A stretch of 64,000 nt of DNA from a virus. The first letter of the stretch is position 1. The number at the start of each line of letters is the position of its first letter. The stretch spans positions 115,367 to 179,366 of IMG/VR virus record IMGVR_UViG_3300033146_004399; one strand, written 5' to 3'. This document shows positions 29,087 through 39,350 of the stretch, piece by piece. Below the pieces are notes generated by a model. That model was not told the origin of the DNA, ran no database searches, and saw nothing but the letters and a program-made list of their open reading frames with translations. Position numbers and translations under genes: made by a program.

Positions 29087-30127
29087 ATGTCATTCAGTAA
29101 AAAGGTTGTAATCGGTGCAGGTCAATGTGGCACCCGACTTGCAAGCAAATACGCTCTTGATGGAGATAAACTCATCGCCTTCAATACAGACAGTAGAGAT
29201 TCAGGCGGAGAGAATATAGCCAATGACCATATTCTTGTAGAAGGTGGAGCTGGCCAGAATTATTCAAAAGGTTTAAAAATATGGTCTCAACAAAGAGAAC
29301 ATGTAGAAGAAGCTTTAAAAGATATAAATGAAGAATATGTAGTATATTTTATTTCTGCTGGAGGCGGTTCTGGTTCATCCTCTGTTATAACAATTCTAAA
29401 TATTCTCCTAGAGCAGGAGAACAAAATTTTATTAGTAGTTGCTCTTCCCTTTCTTAAGGAATCAATTCCAGCAACGTCAAATGCAACTCGGCTCTTAAGT
29501 AAAGTTGCAGAATTTTCAAACAATATGTCTGTCCTTCTTATGGCTAATGATGAAATTGGTAAGCAGGTTGGGAGTCTATCATTTGATAAAATCAATGATG
29601 AGATTGTACGTAAGACTCGTATCATTACAGATATAATAAATCTTCATAATGATAAATATTTTACACCATTCGCGATAGACGAAGGAGATCATTCCTCTGT
29701 AGCTTTCTCTGGTGGTTTTATAAACCTCTCATTTGACTCTTTATACCAGGAAGTCGAAGGTGAGATGAAAATTAAAAGTCCTAAATTTTCTTATGGTTCA
29801 ATAAAAGAAGCAAGTAATATTCTTATTGTTAAAAATATTCCCACAAATAGAAATCATACTGAAGCTATGAAAGAAGGCGACTCCCTTGTTCAAGCTGCCA
29901 TGAAAGTTTCTTCTTCTGGAAAAGGTGCTAGAACATTATATGGTGCTATAAGGACAGATAAGAATGTAGCAGAATATACAACAATCGCTTCCGGTATTGG
30001 TATAGATAAAATCTTTAATAAAATGAAGAATAAAGCTACCAACTCTGCAGTTCAATATATTGGTAAAGTTAAAACTAAAACTAAGAAGAAGCTGGAGAGA
30101 AAAGAAGACAGAGTATTGGACATATAA
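29087..30127 (+). CDS. Tubulin/FtsZ-family GTPase (PhuZ/TubZ-like)
   Basis: VIGAGQCGTRLA, AFNTD, GGAGQN, signature SAGGGSGSS, VALPF. Confidence 0.85.
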   Translation: MSFSKKVVIGAGQCGTRLASKYALDGDKLIAFNTDSRDSGGENIANDHILVEGGAGQNYSKGLKIWSQQREHVEEALKDINEEYVVYFISAGGGSGSSSVITILNILLEQENKILLVVALPFLKESIPATSNATRLLSKVAEFSNNMSVLLMANDEIGKQVGSLSFDKINDEIVRKTRIITDIINLHNDKYFTPFAIDEGDHSSVAFSGGFINLSFDSLYQEVEGEMKIKSPKFSYGSIKEASNILIVKNIPTNRNHTEAMKEGDSLVQAAMKVSSSGKGARTLYGAIRTDKNVAEYTTIASGIGIDKIFNKMKNKATNSAVQYIGKVKTKTKKKLERKEDRVLDI

Positions 30128-30548
30128 ATGGAAGATTTTATTGTTTTTCAACTTTTGCTAGATTCAACTGTCCCGGATAAAATTAAGAATAAATTGCGTA
30201 AAGCATTTAATGTTTATGATGTTGAAACGGTAGAAAAAATTATAGATAATATTTTATTAATTAAAACAACTAATGTTTTATTAAAGATGAAACATGATGA
30301 GGTATGAATATGGCGTTATTGCAAGGTGGAACAATAAATAGTAGTAAAGCAAGATTAAAATCAAATAATTTAAAAATTTTGATAGATGAAGATTCCGGTG
30401 ATATAGCTATACATAATTTTCGATATGGCAATGAGAAAACATTAATAATTCCATTAGATGAAATGCCCGAAAGATATCAATCTTTTTTCGCTGGATTCGT
30501 TTTAACAAACCGCTGATAGTAGCAATTAAAAATACATAGGAAAAAACA

Positions 30549-31694
30549 ATGCTGTTAAATAATCACAACACAGTGAAAATATATCCTCGTGAAGTAATAA
30601 TTGCATATGTGCAACAATATATTACTGATGATTATGAGGAGAAAACTAATGACAAAGGTCATTGGATTAATATACCATCCCCTTTTTATATAGATGGACG
30701 AAAACGTCTAGGCTTCAATTATGACACAGGTATAGTATTTGATTTTAAACTTCAGAGAGCTTGGGATTTAGAAAAGTTTGTTATGGAGGAAAGAGATGTT
30801 CCACGTGCTAAAGCTGAAAAAATATTATTTGAAATTAGGTATGCTCTTAAAAAACAAGGTATAGTAATACGCCCCCCAACTCGTCAAATAATAAAAGAAG
30901 AGAATGCTAAAAATTTAGATCTTCTTCAAGAACCCGCCGGTCTTAAATCATTCAATCAAGAAAGAATTATGCGAAATAGAATGGGTAGGAAGGGTTTAAT
31001 ATATCTTCAAGGCAGAGAATTCACCCCCGAGATAATTGATAGATTTGGTTTGAAATATATAGACCATGAAGTTTGTCCTCAGTGTAATGGAGATAGGTTT
31101 ATCAACGGCGATAAATGTTCTTATTGCAACGGATGGGGGAAAAATAAATTTCATGGTAGGATATATGTCCCAACTTATGAAAATGGTAAGTTAGTGTATT
31201 TTCAAGCTCGTGATTATCTGGGGAGAGATAAGAAATGGAAGTATATGAATCCATCGGTTTCTCGTTCCCAAGTTGTTTATTTTTACGACCTACTAAAAGC
31301 GAATGATAGAATCTTTATTGCAGAAGGTCCCTTCGACGCGATGTATCTTTCTAAAGGTAATAGTGTAACTGCTCTTATGGGCAATAAAATGTCTAAAGCC
31401 TTCGCACAGAAACTTCTATGGAAGACACCCAAACAAGTAATATTTATACCCGATTTTGATAAAGATTTAAAAACAAGAAAAGGTATATTTAAGAATTTAA
31501 TATATAATATAAATAAAATTACAAGTGAAGCTAATTATTCTATTGAGGTAGGTGTGTACAATTGGTTTGTTCTTACTGATGCTAAGGATATTAATGCTGG
31601 AGGTATAAATTACGTTGACGAATCGCTCTTGATATTTCCTAAAAAGGAACCAACTAAGTTTAGGAGTATGATGCATGAAGTGCTCTACAGATAA
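30549..31694 (+). CDS. DNA primase (gp61/DnaG-like TOPRIM) with inserted CxxCxG zinc finger
   Basis: YFQAR, IFIAEGPFDA, TALMG, FIPDFD, KDIN; insert CPQCNG...CSYCNG. Confidence 0.85.
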   Translation: MLLNNHNTVKIYPREVIIAYVQQYITDDYEEKTNDKGHWINIPSPFYIDGRKRLGFNYDTGIVFDFKLQRAWDLEKFVMEERDVPRAKAEKILFEIRYALKKQGIVIRPPTRQIIKEENAKNLDLLQEPAGLKSFNQERIMRNRMGRKGLIYLQGREFTPEIIDRFGLKYIDHEVCPQCNGDRFINGDKCSYCNGWGKNKFHGRIYVPTYENGKLVYFQARDYLGRDKKWKYMNPSVSRSQVVYFYDLLKANDRIFIAEGPFDAMYLSKGNSVTALMGNKMSKAFAQKLLWKTPKQVIFIPDFDKDLKTRKGIFKNLIYNINKITSEANYSIEVGVYNWFVLTDAKDINAGGINYVDESLLIFPKKEPTKFRSMMHEVLYR

Positions 31695-32004
31695 TATTGT
31701 TAAAGAATATGCAAAACATCTCTTAATACATATGGATCCGGATAAATCGATCGCATATTTAATAATGTATTTAATAAATGAAAAATATCCCAGTGGAGTA
31801 CAAACCTCCAAACGTTTAGAAGTAGTATCTTGGATACAAAAAATATTTGATATCCTAAACCCATTTGGTGATGGTAGGTTTAGTTCATTTGATATTGAAT
31901 TAGAAAATCTTCCGGAAGAGATGGAAATGGTGTTCTATAACGATTATCATGGTGAAGGGTGGATTAGAAACAAAATTAAAACAAAAAGTAAGAAAGGATT
32001 ATAA
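31675..32004 (+). CDS. Hypothetical protein
   Basis: ORF between primase and helicase. Confidence 0.55.
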   Translation: MKCSTDNIVKEYAKHLLIHMDPDKSIAYLIMYLINEKYPSGVQTSKRLEVVSWIQKIFDILNPFGDGRFSSFDIELENLPEEMEMVFYNDYHGEGWIRNKIKTKSKKGL

Positions 32005-33330
32005 ATGAATCAAAATATAGATTTAGGCGATTTAATTGTAGATATGTACAGGATGTGTAATCAAGATCAAACATTTTTGGTTCGTATGATGGCACACTTA
32101 GATAAAAGTTTTTTCCTCTCATCTAAAATATTTTCAAAAGTATTTATACTCTATAAACTCTATTTTGAAAAATATCAAAAAGCTCCAACAGAAAAAGTTT
32201 TAAGACATGAACTTACTAAAGCTGGTGAAAACGAAGATGTTGTTAATGGTGTAGTAGATGAGATTTTTAGTCAGAAAATATTCAACCATGGTGAAAAAGA
32301 CTATATAACAGATTTAGTAGTAATGCATGCTAGAAAAGTTAATGTTGAGAAAGCAATAATGCTTGCCAGTGATAAAATCAATGATGGCGACGATTTCACA
32401 GATGAGAAGTTTAGAGAAATTTTAGCAGATGTAACAGAGAGTATAAAATTTAGTATTGATACAGATTTAGGTATAGATTTGTTTGATATAGATGAAAGAT
32501 ATAATAGAATTGCTAATTCTATGGGTAATAAAATATCTACAGGTTTTTCAAATCTTGATCATATAACGGGGGGTGGTTTCGCGCGTAAAGAGCTTCACGC
32601 AATACAGGGACCCCCTGGATTGGGTAAAACAATTTTTTTAGTCAACTTAGGCTTTAAATTTCTTGTGGGTGGGTACAATGTAGCTCACTATTCTTTAGAA
32701 ATGGGCGAAGAGCGACTTGGTCTTAGATACGATGGTGTAGCATCTGGTCAAACTATTAATTCACTCATGAGATTGGAAGGGATCGATGACGTGAAAAAAG
32801 CATATAAAATGCTTAAAATGATGACTAAAACTCATCTCAAAATGAAAGAATTTCCGACTGGAGCAGCATCTACTTATGATATTGAAGCACATTTAGATGA
32901 ATTAGCTCTTTATGAAGATTTTACGCCAGATGTAATCGTTGTGGATTATGGTGATATCATGAAGTCAACTAGAAATACAAAAAATACATATGAAGAACAA
33001 GGTTGGATATTTAGAGAATTAAGAGCTCTAGCAATTAAAAGAGATTGCGTTGTTTTAACAGCTACTCAGTCACGCAGGGATGCACTTAAAGAAGATGGCG
33101 GTACCAAAGATATTATTGGTATGGATCAAGTTGCAGATTCAATGGAAAAAAATAGGATTCTCGACCTCCTCCTATCAGTACAACAATCTAGAGAAGAACG
33201 TGACGAAGGTCGAGTAGGGTTATGGGTTGCTAAAAATAGAAATGGAGCAGCTAACCTTAAGATTGATTTCCTTATTAATTACAGAAATATGAAACTTTCA
33301 GAACCTCAGGTAAGTACTGGTGGTGTTTGA
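32005..33330 (+). CDS. Replicative DnaB/gp41-type helicase
   Basis: Walker A GPPGLGKT, HYSLEM, Walker B IVVDYGD, ATQSRR, AKNRNG. Confidence 0.92.
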   Translation: MNQNIDLGDLIVDMYRMCNQDQTFLVRMMAHLDKSFFLSSKIFSKVFILYKLYFEKYQKAPTEKVLRHELTKAGENEDVVNGVVDEIFSQKIFNHGEKDYITDLVVMHARKVNVEKAIMLASDKINDGDDFTDEKFREILADVTESIKFSIDTDLGIDLFDIDERYNRIANSMGNKISTGFSNLDHITGGGFARKELHAIQGPPGLGKTIFLVNLGFKFLVGGYNVAHYSLEMGEERLGLRYDGVASGQTINSLMRLEGIDDVKKAYKMLKMMTKTHLKMKEFPTGAASTYDIEAHLDELALYEDFTPDVIVVDYGDIMKSTRNTKNTYEEQGWIFRELRALAIKRDCVVLTATQSRRDALKEDGGTKDIIGMDQVADSMEKNRILDLLLSVQQSREERDEGRVGLWVAKNRNGAANLKIDFLINYRNMKLSEPQVSTGGV

Positions 33331-33636
33331 TAATAGATACACTAAAATATTCTTCTTGGTAATAACTGCCACAATTGCCAGTACATAGTAGATGACAAAA
33401 TAAAACGTATGAAGAGTAAAAAAGTATATAGCATGAATTATATTTGCTCTAAGTGGAAACAGGCTAGAAATGAAAATATTTTAGATCGTAATTATTATAG
33501 AAATAAATACGTTGAAGATAGAGAGTTTATAAATTTAGTGGTTGAAGTTAACAGGTTATTAAAAAAAAAGAACAAAGGTAAAGTGAAAAAAATACCAAAA
33601 AAAAACATTAAAATAAGTTATTGTACGGAAAGATAA
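33323..33636 (+). pseudogene. Frameshifted AKxLL-CxxC family gene (listed ORF 33409..33636 is its 3' part)
   Basis: The frame of 33409 extends upstream as NILLGNNCHNCQY; it joins GTG 33323 (MFDNRYTK) if one A is added to the A4 run at 33344-33347. Confidence 0.5.
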
Positions 33637-33876
33637 TCATGTATAAAGGGTTGAAAAAAAAATATAGTCAGGCTGAATATACAAAAATAACTTTGATCAA
33701 AGACGAAAAAAAATGCTATTTTTGTTTGAATAATTGGAAAAATTATAATATAGATTACACCAATCAAATGGACATACATGCTATAGAATACTTCAAAAGT
33801 TTGTGTTCCAGATGTATACATCATAACTCAAAGTGGGGGAATCCACACTGGTACGGAGATTACTTTAAAACCTTAT

Positions 33877-35013
33877 ATGCATGGGACGATAGAGAAGAAG
33901 GAGATGATAACAATATTTAATATGAATATTTATAAAGATAAATTTATTAAACAATCAAATAAAATACATAATAATAAATATGATTATTCTTTAGTTAAAT
34001 ATGTAAACATAAGAACAAAAGTTAAAATAATATGCCCAGAGCATGGGGTATTTGAACAAAGAATTTATCATCATAGATCTGGAACTGGTTGTCCAAAATG
34101 TTCTGCAGACCATTCTGAAAACTTTAAAAGTATTGTAAAAACTATTCAAGAATTCAATAAAGAAGCTAATAAAATACATGATAATAAATATGATTATTCT
34201 TTGGTTGATTATAAAAATAGTCAAGATAAAATTAAAATAATATGTCCAGAGCATGGGGTATTTATACAACAAATGAACGCTCATTTAAAAGGTCAAGGTT
34301 GTTCTAAGTGCAGTCATAAGCATAAATATACAACCAAAGAATTTATAAAAAAAGCTAAAAAAATACATGGAAATAAATATGATTACAAACTTGTTTGTTA
34401 TAAAAATTCTGACACTAAAATTAAAATAATATGTCCAGAACATGGTACATTTATACAAAAAGCAAATAATCATATAAATGGGCAGGGTTGTCCTAAATGT
34501 GCTAATAATATTTTGTATTCTAAAAAAGAATTTATTGATAAAAGTAATAAAATACATGGTAATAAATATGATTATTCTTTAGTTGATTATAAAAATAATA
34601 AAACTAAGGTTAAAATAATATGTCCAGAGCATGGGGTATTTATACAAAAGCCATATGCTCATTTACAAAATCGTGGATGTCTAATATGTAATGAGTCTAA
34701 GGGTGAAAAAGCTACTGCTAAATATTTAAAAGATAAAAATATACAATATATAAGAGAATATAAATTTAATGATTGTAAAGATAAAAATTTATTACCATTT
34801 GATTTCTATATACCAAGTAGTAATATATTAATAGAATATGATGGAGAACAACATTACAAACCGATTGAACATTTTGGAGGCATTAAAGCGTTTAATAAAT
34901 TAAAGTATCGGGATAATATTAAAACTAAATATTGCGAAAACAATAATATAAAATTAATAAGAATAAAATATAATCAAAATGTTAAAGATATTTTGTTAAG
35001 TGAAGGAGTCTAA
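33877..35013 (+). CDS. Homing-type endonuclease with four KYDYS...ICPEHG repeats and a PD-(D/E)XK domain (likely start 33922)
   Basis: Repeats HGxKYDYSLVxY...KIICPEHG.F.Q...H..G.GCPxC; LPFDFYIP..ILIEYDGEQHY. Confidence 0.85.
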   Translation: MHGTIEKKEMITIFNMNIYKDKFIKQSNKIHNNKYDYSLVKYVNIRTKVKIICPEHGVFEQRIYHHRSGTGCPKCSADHSENFKSIVKTIQEFNKEANKIHDNKYDYSLVDYKNSQDKIKIICPEHGVFIQQMNAHLKGQGCSKCSHKHKYTTKEFIKKAKKIHGNKYDYKLVCYKNSDTKIKIICPEHGTFIQKANNHINGQGCPKCANNILYSKKEFIDKSNKIHGNKYDYSLVDYKNNKTKVKIICPEHGVFIQKPYAHLQNRGCLICNESKGEKATAKYLKDKNIQYIREYKFNDCKDKNLLPFDFYIPSSNILIEYDGEQHYKPIEHFGGIKAFNKLKYRDNIKTKYCENNNIKLIRIKYNQNVKDILLSEGV

Positions 35014-35191
35014 AATGCCTAATATGAAGGATTATACAAAAATTTCAATATCAAAAAGTTTACACGAAATGATAAAAGAAATTTGTGATAAAGAGGGAAG
35101 AAAAATGTACCACTTCGAAGATGCGGCGATTCGAGAATATGTTCAACAAAACTACCCTGAATATGTGAAAACAAACGTACAAAAAGCATAA
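35000..35191 (+). CDS. Ribbon-helix-helix DNA-binding protein
   Basis: TKISISKSLHEMIKEICDKEGRKMYHF.DAAIREY. Confidence 0.6.
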   Translation: MKESKMPNMKDYTKISISKSLHEMIKEICDKEGRKMYHFEDAAIREYVQQNYPEYVKTNVQKA

Positions 35192-35353
35192 TTAATTATA
35201 ACACATAAAACACATTTGTGGGTTAAATATTTCTATGGAAGAAACAGCGGATATTATCTTAGATGTTAAATCCGGAAATTACCACCTTTATTACATGACT
35301 AAAATTAAACAACTCAAACATCCTTACAAATTATGTAGTCTAAGGGGTAGTCA

Positions 35354-36151
35354 ATGGCTAAAAATTCAAGTCATATCGTAAGAAATTCTGATGGGGATTT
35401 CGCGCAAGTTCAAAATTATGCCATCCAATTGGCAGGTGAAAAGAAAATATCACAACAAGCTTTAATCATGTATTTATTTTATAGAAGTCTCGCAGGTTTC
35501 ACAGACATTCGGTGTTCATTTGAATATATTCATATAAACACTAGTGTATCGGTAGGTGCTTGTTCCAAGGGGTTGAAACAGTTAGAAGAACAAGGTTTAG
35601 TAGAAGTTAAAAGATTTGGAGCAAATAAAGTATTTGAAATACTACTAGTACCTGGAAGTAATCTTCCAAGACGTATACTTAAATCAGTTAAAAGAACTGG
35701 TGGAGATGATAATGTAACATACGAACCAGAAGGAAATTTTATTGCAGCGTCGCTTAGGAAGGAAGAGATTGCAAATTCTCCCCTTCCCGAAGAATTAACT
35801 AAAGGTGGAACTAAGGCTAAATATGAAAAAGCTAGACATTTTGATTCAACAGATTTATCTATTGAGGCAGCTAACTTCTGGGATGCTTTTACTACTTACT
35901 GGTGCAAAATGAGCAAAACAGCTTTCTATAGAAAGAAAGACATGCATAAGTTAAATGATATAAAAGATTATGCACTAGCAACTAAAATGATTCCAGTTAT
36001 GTGGCTTTTAGCAGATGTTGATAAGTGGACTAAAGATTCTGATAAATCTTTGAGTGTCTTCACAACACTTTATAATTTAGGTAAATTAGAAGCACATTAT
36101 CCAAAAACATCTTTATATTATAACAGTAACAGCAAAAACAATAGTAAGTAA
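35354..36151 (+). CDS. Winged-HTH protein (replication-initiator-like N-terminus)
   Basis: ALIMYLFY...SFEYI...TSVSVGACSKGLKQLEEQGLVEV. Confidence 0.55.
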   Translation: MAKNSSHIVRNSDGDFAQVQNYAIQLAGEKKISQQALIMYLFYRSLAGFTDIRCSFEYIHINTSVSVGACSKGLKQLEEQGLVEVKRFGANKVFEILLVPGSNLPRRILKSVKRTGGDDNVTYEPEGNFIAASLRKEEIANSPLPEELTKGGTKAKYEKARHFDSTDLSIEAANFWDAFTTYWCKMSKTAFYRKKDMHKLNDIKDYALATKMIPVMWLLADVDKWTKDSDKSLSVFTTLYNLGKLEAHYPKTSLYYNSNSKNNSK

Positions 36152-36163
36152 AATAACTACTAT

Positions 36164-37045
36164 ATGGGAAAAAAATTAACAACAGAAGAATTTATACAAA
36201 AAGCCAAGCAAACACATGGTGATAAATATGATTATTCTTTAGTTAATTATAAGGGTAACAAAAATAAAGTTAAAATAATATGCCCGGAACATGGTGATTT
36301 TTCACAAAGAGCAGATCACCATGTTAACGGTGCAAATTGTAAAATGTGTTCATATACTAAATTAATAGCTAATAATTTTATAGAAAAAGCTAAAGCTATT
36401 CATGGTGATAAGTATGATTATTCTTTGGTTGACTATATAAACAATATAACAAAAATTAAAATAATATGTCAAAAACATGGAGTATTTGAGCAATACCCAT
36501 GCAATCATTTACAAGGAAAAGGTTGTATTAGTTGTTCTGGAACAAGTAAACTTACAAAGGAGATATTTGTACGAAGAGCCAAACAAACACATGGTGATAA
36601 ATATGATTATTCTTTGGTTAAATATAAAAATAATTATACTAAAGTTAAAATAATATGTCAAAAACATGGAGTATTTGAACAACAACCAATACATCATTTA
36701 AACGGTAATAATTGTCCTATATGTAACGAAAGCAAGGGTGAGTTAAGGATAGCTAGAATATTAGATGAAAATAATATTAAATATAAAAGACAATACCGGC
36801 TTGACGATTGTAAAAACATAAAACCGTTACCTTTTGATTTTTATATTTTAGACAAAAATGTGTTAATAGAATTTGATGGGGAACAGCATTATAAACCTGT
36901 AAATTTTTTCGGCGGTGTTGAAGGGTTTAAACAAAGACAAAAAAATGATGACATAAAAACAAAATACTGTAAAGATAATAATATAAAGTTAATAAGAATA
37001 AAACATAGTGACAATATAGAAAATAGATTAAAGGAGTTAATATAG
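36164..37045 (+). CDS. Homing-type endonuclease, paralogue of 33877..35013 (three repeats)
   Basis: HGDKYDYS...IICxxHG repeats; LPFDFYI...IEFDGEQHY. Confidence 0.85.
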   Translation: MGKKLTTEEFIQKAKQTHGDKYDYSLVNYKGNKNKVKIICPEHGDFSQRADHHVNGANCKMCSYTKLIANNFIEKAKAIHGDKYDYSLVDYINNITKIKIICQKHGVFEQYPCNHLQGKGCISCSGTSKLTKEIFVRRAKQTHGDKYDYSLVKYKNNYTKVKIICQKHGVFEQQPIHHLNGNNCPICNESKGELRIARILDENNIKYKRQYRLDDCKNIKPLPFDFYILDKNVLIEFDGEQHYKPVNFFGGVEGFKQRQKNDDIKTKYCKDNNIKLIRIKHSDNIENRLKELI

Positions 37046-37075
37046 CACTAGGAGATTTTACGTCTAGGAGCTATC

Positions 37076-37459
37076 ATGGAACAAATAATAACAAATATAA
37101 TAAACCAATATGGAGCAGAATTATGGCTTACATTTGTAACAATGGTTATAACTGGTTTTATTTTAATTCTAATTAAAGGTTTCATTCAAGATTTAGTAAA
37201 GTATTATAAAGCGAGAATGAGCGATATTGGGTACGGCCAACGAATATTTTGGAATAATCAAATATATATAGTGGATCGGATTTCATTTAGACATGTAATA
37301 GCCAAAGATGATAAACGTATAATTCACATTCCAATAGGTTCTTATATGGCGGGTGTTAGAGAATATCCGTTAAATAGGCATGATGATTTTGACGAAGAAA
37401 AATATTTCGAAAAGCCATGGGATGGTAGTAAAGAACGCCGTTCAACTTTGGACAATTAA
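37076..37459 (+). CDS. Membrane protein with MscS-like beta domain
   Basis: N-terminal TM, then IGYGQRIFWNNQIYIVDRISFRHV...IIHIP. Confidence 0.45.
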   Translation: MEQIITNIINQYGAELWLTFVTMVITGFILILIKGFIQDLVKYYKARMSDIGYGQRIFWNNQIYIVDRISFRHVIAKDDKRIIHIPIGSYMAGVREYPLNRHDDFDEEKYFEKPWDGSKERRSTLDN

Positions 37460-37475
37460 AAAAATAGTGTATAAT
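37447..37475 (+). promoter_or_regulatory. Promoter TTTGGA-N17-TATAAT (copy 3)
   Basis: TTTGGA 37447-37452, TATAAT 37470-37475. Confidence 0.65.
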
Positions 37476-37692
37476 ATGTATATACACAAAGGGGGAAACA
37501 CATGCAAATGTTAACTGAAGAGCAGAAAATGATTAAAGTATCAGAAATTGCGGAAGCAATGGGAGTACCTTTAACATCTCTACTTGAAGGTAAAACACCA
37601 GAACAAGTTATTGAACAATATGAAGCTGGCAACCTTGGTATATTAAACGATTAGAAAATAAACACAAAACACATAACACATAGGAGAAACAA

Positions 37693-38280
37693 ATGGAAAT
37701 AAATAAACAAGAAATGAAAGATGCGTTCTATTCTCGAAACGAAGAACGATCACAAGCTAAGTTAATAGCGATGTATTATGAAATGGCTAATTATTTTGTT
37801 AATAAAGCAAAAATATCTTCTTGGCATAAAGAAGATTATGTTCAATACGCTGTAGCAAGAGCTTGTCGAAAAGAACATCTTTATGATCCAAATCACATTA
37901 ATAAAGAAGGAAAAGTAAGCGCAGTATTTTCATATTTTTATAAACTCATTTATATGGAAATTAGATACAGAATGCGTGAAACAAGACAGAAAAAAGAGAG
38001 ACGACCAGGTACTTGTTCTTATGATAAGATTTCTGCGATTGTTGAAGACCAACATTCTGCGGATAATATTACAGAGATCAACGGCGAAAATGAAGATACT
38101 TTTGTAATGATTGATGGTAGAGTTTATGAAAGAAATGAAGTAATTGAAGCTATGAAAACTGCTAGGAAACTTTTAAAGAAAGTTAAAAAAGATTCTACAT
38201 TTATACCTGAAGTTGATGATAAAGTTGTACTCAACTTCTACAATAAGTTGAAAGGAATATACGACAGTACACAAGTATGA
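37693..38280 (+). CDS. Sigma-factor-like protein (gp55/region-2 type)
   Basis: EDYVQYA..RA......YDP......FSYF..LIY..I......KK resembles the T4 gp55 family. Confidence 0.55.
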   Translation: MEINKQEMKDAFYSRNEERSQAKLIAMYYEMANYFVNKAKISSWHKEDYVQYAVARACRKEHLYDPNHINKEGKVSAVFSYFYKLIYMEIRYRMRETRQKKERRPGTCSYDKISAIVEDQHSADNITEINGENEDTFVMIDGRVYERNEVIEAMKTARKLLKKVKKDSTFIPEVDDKVVLNFYNKLKGIYDSTQV

Positions 38281-39350
38281 AAACAATTCACATAATTGGA
38301 GGGGGCATCACTGGATGTTCCCTTTCATATTTTTTAAAAGATAAATATAACGTCAAGCTATATGAGAAAAATTCTCAATTAGGTGGCTTCTCACAGACCC
38401 TCTATAATATTGAAAACATACCCTACCAAAAAGGTGCTCATATTCTCCATACTAATAATACACAAATTATCAATATAATAAAAAAAGCTGGCGTAGAGAT
38501 ACAAAGAGTTTTTTATGATGTTGCTATAAATCCTCTCATAGATTTTAAATATTATAAATTCCCGTTTAACGAAGAATCAATAAATCTTATGCCGTGGCAT
38601 TGGCGTGAAGCTGCGTTGACAGATATCAATAAAATTAATGGCTCCTCAGGCAAAAATCTTAAAGAATTAATAATCAATTTTTATGGTTCTACTATATATA
38701 ATATATTCTATAAAAATTATATAAAGAAGTTGACTGGGTTGGAAGCTGATAATATAGACCAAACGCAATGGTTTAAAAAGAATCTTCATGCTATAGACAA
38801 GGTTGTAAATTTCTATACTGAAGATTGTTATTTCCCTTTTGATGAAGGATGGAATAAGCTCTTTTACTCTCTTACAGAAGGTGTGAATGTAGAGTACGGG
38901 ATGGATATGAACTATAATAATTTTAACGAAAGAGATTTAATTATTCTTACCGTAAGGCCTGACACATTCTTTAATAAGAAAACAATCCCTTACGTAGGTT
39001 TAGAATTCGATATAGATTCTGTTAATTATGATGCAAATAAACCAGATACTATAATATATCCCAACCATGTACCGTTTACAAGTATGACTCAGTATGGTAA
39101 ACTCTTCTCTCCCAAGAAACAAATTGAGGAAAAGAATATGATAGTTAAAGAGTATATGGGTGTTAATATTGGTGAAGATGCTTACCCTGTGCCCACATCC
39201 ACAAATATTGCCTCCTATAATAAAATAGTAGATGAGTATAAGCATATATATTATTGTGGACCATTAGCAAGATATAAACACATGTCAATGGCAGAAGCCA
39301 TAGAAAATGCCCAACAAGTGGCTGCAGAAATTAAACATAGGGAACGGTAA
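38277..39350 (+). CDS. glf: UDP-galactopyranose mutase
   Basis: IIGGGITG, EKNSQLGG, GAHILHT, FPFN, YPVP, GPLARYKHMSMAEAI. Confidence 0.8.
   Translation: MKTIHIIGGGITGCSLSYFLKDKYNVKLYEKNSQLGGFSQTLYNIENIPYQKGAHILHTNNTQIINIIKKAGVEIQRVFYDVAINPLIDFKYYKFPFNEESINLMPWHWREAALTDINKINGSSGKNLKELIINFYGSTIYNIFYKNYIKKLTGLEADNIDQTQWFKKNLHAIDKVVNFYTEDCYFPFDEGWNKLFYSLTEGVNVEYGMDMNYNNFNERDLIILTVRPDTFFNKKTIPYVGLEFDIDSVNYDANKPDTIIYPNHVPFTSMTQYGKLFSPKKQIEEKNMIVKEYMGVNIGEDAYPVPTSTNIASYNKIVDEYKHIYYCGPLARYKHMSMAEAIENAQQVAAEIKHRER

Noticed and set aside
29087-30127. Evidence that this is a nucleus-forming phage
   Set aside because: Tubulin alone is insufficient; no chimallin or multisubunit RNA polymerase is visible and the head genes are T4-type
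37043-37076. Read-through fusion of endonuclease 36164 into ORF 37076 via two in-frame TAGs
   Set aside because: ORF 37076 has its own AGGAG RBS and the two proteins are unrelated; frame agreement has a one-in-three chance
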